Origin: Kiritimatiellia bacterium
GTDB taxonomy: Bacteria; Verrucomicrobiota; Kiritimatiellia; RFP12; UBA1067
DNA length: 57,402 bases
NCBI GenBank assembly: GCA_045535455.1
Contig: JAZSLQ010000114.1
Span: 1 to 57,402, forward strand
Direction: 5' to 3'
The notes beneath the pieces were generated by a model. That model was not told the origin of the DNA, did not search any database, and saw only the letters and a program-made list of their open reading frames with translations. The stretch's first letter is position 1, and the number at the start of each line of letters is the position of its first letter. Made by a program: the position numbers and the translations under genes. Positions 55,586-57,402 of this stretch are shown piece by piece.

Positions 55586-55631
55586 TTACAAGTTTTGTAA
55601 TTCTCCAATTTTACGATTACACGATTTGTAA
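55586..55631. promoter_or_regulatory. Pair of putative enhancer (UAS) palindromes
   Basis: TTACA-N5-TGTAA at 55586-55600 and 55617-55631. Confidence 0.75.
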
Positions 55632-55664
55632 CATTAAGTGATTTCTTTTACACAATATTTCCGA

Positions 55665-55680
55665 TGGCACGGTAATTGCT
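55665..55680 (+). promoter_or_regulatory. Sigma54 -24/-12 promoter of the activator gene
   Basis: TGGCAC-GGTAA-TTGCT, exact consensus. Confidence 0.85.
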
Positions 55681-55694
55681 CCATTTGATATAAT

Positions 55695-57260
55695 ATGCGC
55701 CAGCACACGATGAGCGAGATTGAGGAGAGATTAGCTTCCGAGATGGCAGTTTTGCGCGAAATTGCCTCTGCGGTTGCTCGGGAACGCGATGTTCGCAAGC
55801 TACTCGAGAATGTCCTTGGCATCCTTGAGCGTAGCATGGGAATGTTGCGCGGGACATTTACACTCCTTGAGGGCGACGAGCTTAGGATTGTCGCCTCAAC
55901 TCGTGCGCTCAACGCCGAAGAGCGCGCGCTTGGCCGCTATCATGTCGGTGAGGGTATCACAGGCCTTGTCGCCAAGACCGGCAAGGCCGAGGTTGTCTGC
56001 GATGTTCGCAAGGACCGCCGCTTTTTGAACCGCACGCAGTCGCGTGGCCCAGACGATGCGCTTTCGTTTGTCTGCGTTCCGCTGATTCATCGCGGGCAGA
56101 TCATCGGCACGCTTGCGGCAGACCGCGCGATGTCGGGCCAGACGGGTGCACTTGCGCACGATGTCGAGCTTCTTGAGATCATAGCGAACCTCGTTGCCGA
56201 GGCGGCGTTTGTCTGTCGCGAGGAGGATCGCGAGAAAGAGGCGCTCGTCAACGAGAACCGTCGCCTTCGCGGCATGATTTCCGAAGAGACTCCTGGCCGC
56301 ATCATCGGCAGCTGCCCTGCGATGCGCGCAGTCTACGAGCAGATACGCCAGGTCGCGCCGAGCTGGGCGACTGTGCTGATACGCGGCGAGAGCGGCACGG
56401 GCAAGGAGCTTGTCGCGCAGGCGATACAGAGTCTTTCGCCGCGCAAGGACAAGCCGTTTGTCGTGCTGAACTGCGCGGCGCTTCCCGAGGCGCTTGTCGA
56501 GTCTGAGCTTTTCGGCCACGAGAAGGGCGCGTTCACTGACGCGCGCGAGCGGCGCATTGGCCGCGCCGAAGCTGCGAACGGCGGCACGCTTTTCCTCGAC
56601 GAGATCGGCGATCTCTCGATACCGGTGCAGGTGAAGCTTCTCCGTTTTCTCCAGGAGCGCACGTTCTCGCGCGTAGGCTCGAACGAGATATTGCAGAGCG
56701 ATGTCCGTTTCATCGCGGCGACGAGCCGCGACCTCGAGGATTTGATGGCAAAGAAGCTTTTTCGCGAGGACCTCTACTATCGTCTCTCGGTATTTCCGAT
56801 TGTGTTGCCGCGTCTCGCGGATCGCGCTGACGACATCGTTCTTCTCACGCAGCATTTCCTCACGAAGATGAGCGTGAAGTACGAAAAGAGCGTCTCGCAG
56901 ATTTCCGTTCCCGCGCTCAATGCGCTGAAGGCGTATTCGTGGCCGGGCAACGTGCGCGAACTCGAGAACTGCATCGAGCGCGCGGTGCTGACTACGCGCG
57001 ATGATTGTATTCACAGCTACAATCTTCCTGCGACCGTTCAGACCGAGGAGTTTAGCGAAGATCCTTTTGGCGGCGGCAATCCGTCGCTTACGCTTGACGA
57101 GCAGATTGCCGCTTTCGAGCGGCGGATACTCGAGGATGCGCTGAAGCGGCATGGAGGCAACCACTCCGCAGCCGCACGCGAGCTTGGGCTTTCGCCGCGC
57201 ATGATGAGTTATCGTCTCGCCCGCTCCGGCTCTTCCGCATTCAAGGGCGGCAAGAAGTAG
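55695..57260 (+). CDS. NifA-like sigma54 enhancer-binding protein (GAF-AAA+-HTH); start may be 55710
   Basis: GAF domain with GEGITG, GESGTGKE, ESELFGHEKGAFTDA, FREDLYYRL, WPGNVRELEN, Fis-type HTH. Confidence 0.92.
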   Translation: MRQHTMSEIEERLASEMAVLREIASAVARERDVRKLLENVLGILERSMGMLRGTFTLLEGDELRIVASTRALNAEERALGRYHVGEGITGLVAKTGKAEVVCDVRKDRRFLNRTQSRGPDDALSFVCVPLIHRGQIIGTLAADRAMSGQTGALAHDVELLEIIANLVAEAAFVCREEDREKEALVNENRRLRGMISEETPGRIIGSCPAMRAVYEQIRQVAPSWATVLIRGESGTGKELVAQAIQSLSPRKDKPFVVLNCAALPEALVESELFGHEKGAFTDARERRIGRAEAANGGTLFLDEIGDLSIPVQVKLLRFLQERTFSRVGSNEILQSDVRFIAATSRDLEDLMAKKLFREDLYYRLSVFPIVLPRLADRADDIVLLTQHFLTKMSVKYEKSVSQISVPALNALKAYSWPGNVRELENCIERAVLTTRDDCIHSYNLPATVQTEEFSEDPFGGGNPSLTLDEQIAAFERRILEDALKRHGGNHSAAARELGLSPRMMSYRLARSGSSAFKGGKK

Positions 57261-57263
57261 TAG

Positions 57264-57395
57264 CGGCGGCTCGCTCGTTGGCGTCGGCCGAAAGCGAGGC
57301 CTGCGCCCGACCTGCTCGCACCCCGCATAGCGCCCGCTTCGCGGCTCACTTCGTTCGGGGGATACCAACCCGCAGTTTGCGGGCACCCCACCGAC
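57264..57395. repeat. Hairpin mosaic related to 27726-28360
   Basis: Shares CTCACTTCGTTCGG and GGCACCCC; hairpin CCCGCA-GTT-TGCGGG. Confidence 0.5.
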
Positions 57396-57402
57396 ATGAT
57401 TT

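Noticed and set aside
55695-57260. Calling the activator nifA or inferring nitrogen fixation
   Set aside because: No nif genes in the window, and the local palindromes are not TGT-N10-ACA.
1-57402. tRNA, rRNA, IS transposases and prophage genes
   Set aside because: None recognised on manual reading; a covariance-model scan would be needed to exclude small RNAs.

Overview
GC-rich bacterial chromosomal segment. Gene content and style suggest a PVC-superphylum anaerobe such as Kiritimatiellia; this is an inference and was not verified. In order: the 3' end of a GGGtGRT gene; a 12-gene aryl-polyene-like (APE) type II PKS cluster with an MMPL-acyltransferase fusion; fadD, a 2-hydroxyacid dehydrogenase and tsaE; a Wza/beta-barrel/Wzc polysaccharide export locus with rfbB; a GMP synthase lacking its glutaminase domain, argC, a PHP phosphatase, ruvB and pgi; a complete type II-C CRISPR-Cas9 locus (18 repeats, 17 spacers, cas2-cas1-cas9, about 70-nt tracrRNA); a secreted LRR protein and higBA; a PilB/GspE ATPase, rpoN, metY, a GT-C/TPR-UbiA block, folC, rimO and a HAD-like gene; an accessory block bracketed by 81-bp inverted repeats; and gdhA divergent from a NifA-like sigma54 activator. 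The most notable non-genic signals are (i) a recurring CCGTTGTAAA-N7-TTTGYGCG site at accessory-gene boundaries (possible cassette recombination system), (ii) a mirror-symmetric bidirectional sigma54 promoter, (iii) palindromic repeats inserted in frame in housekeeping genes, (iv) a minimal tracrRNA and a spacer whose 3' 10 nt match the cas9 start region, and (v) many apparently leaderless genes. All calls come from manual reading; no searches were run.
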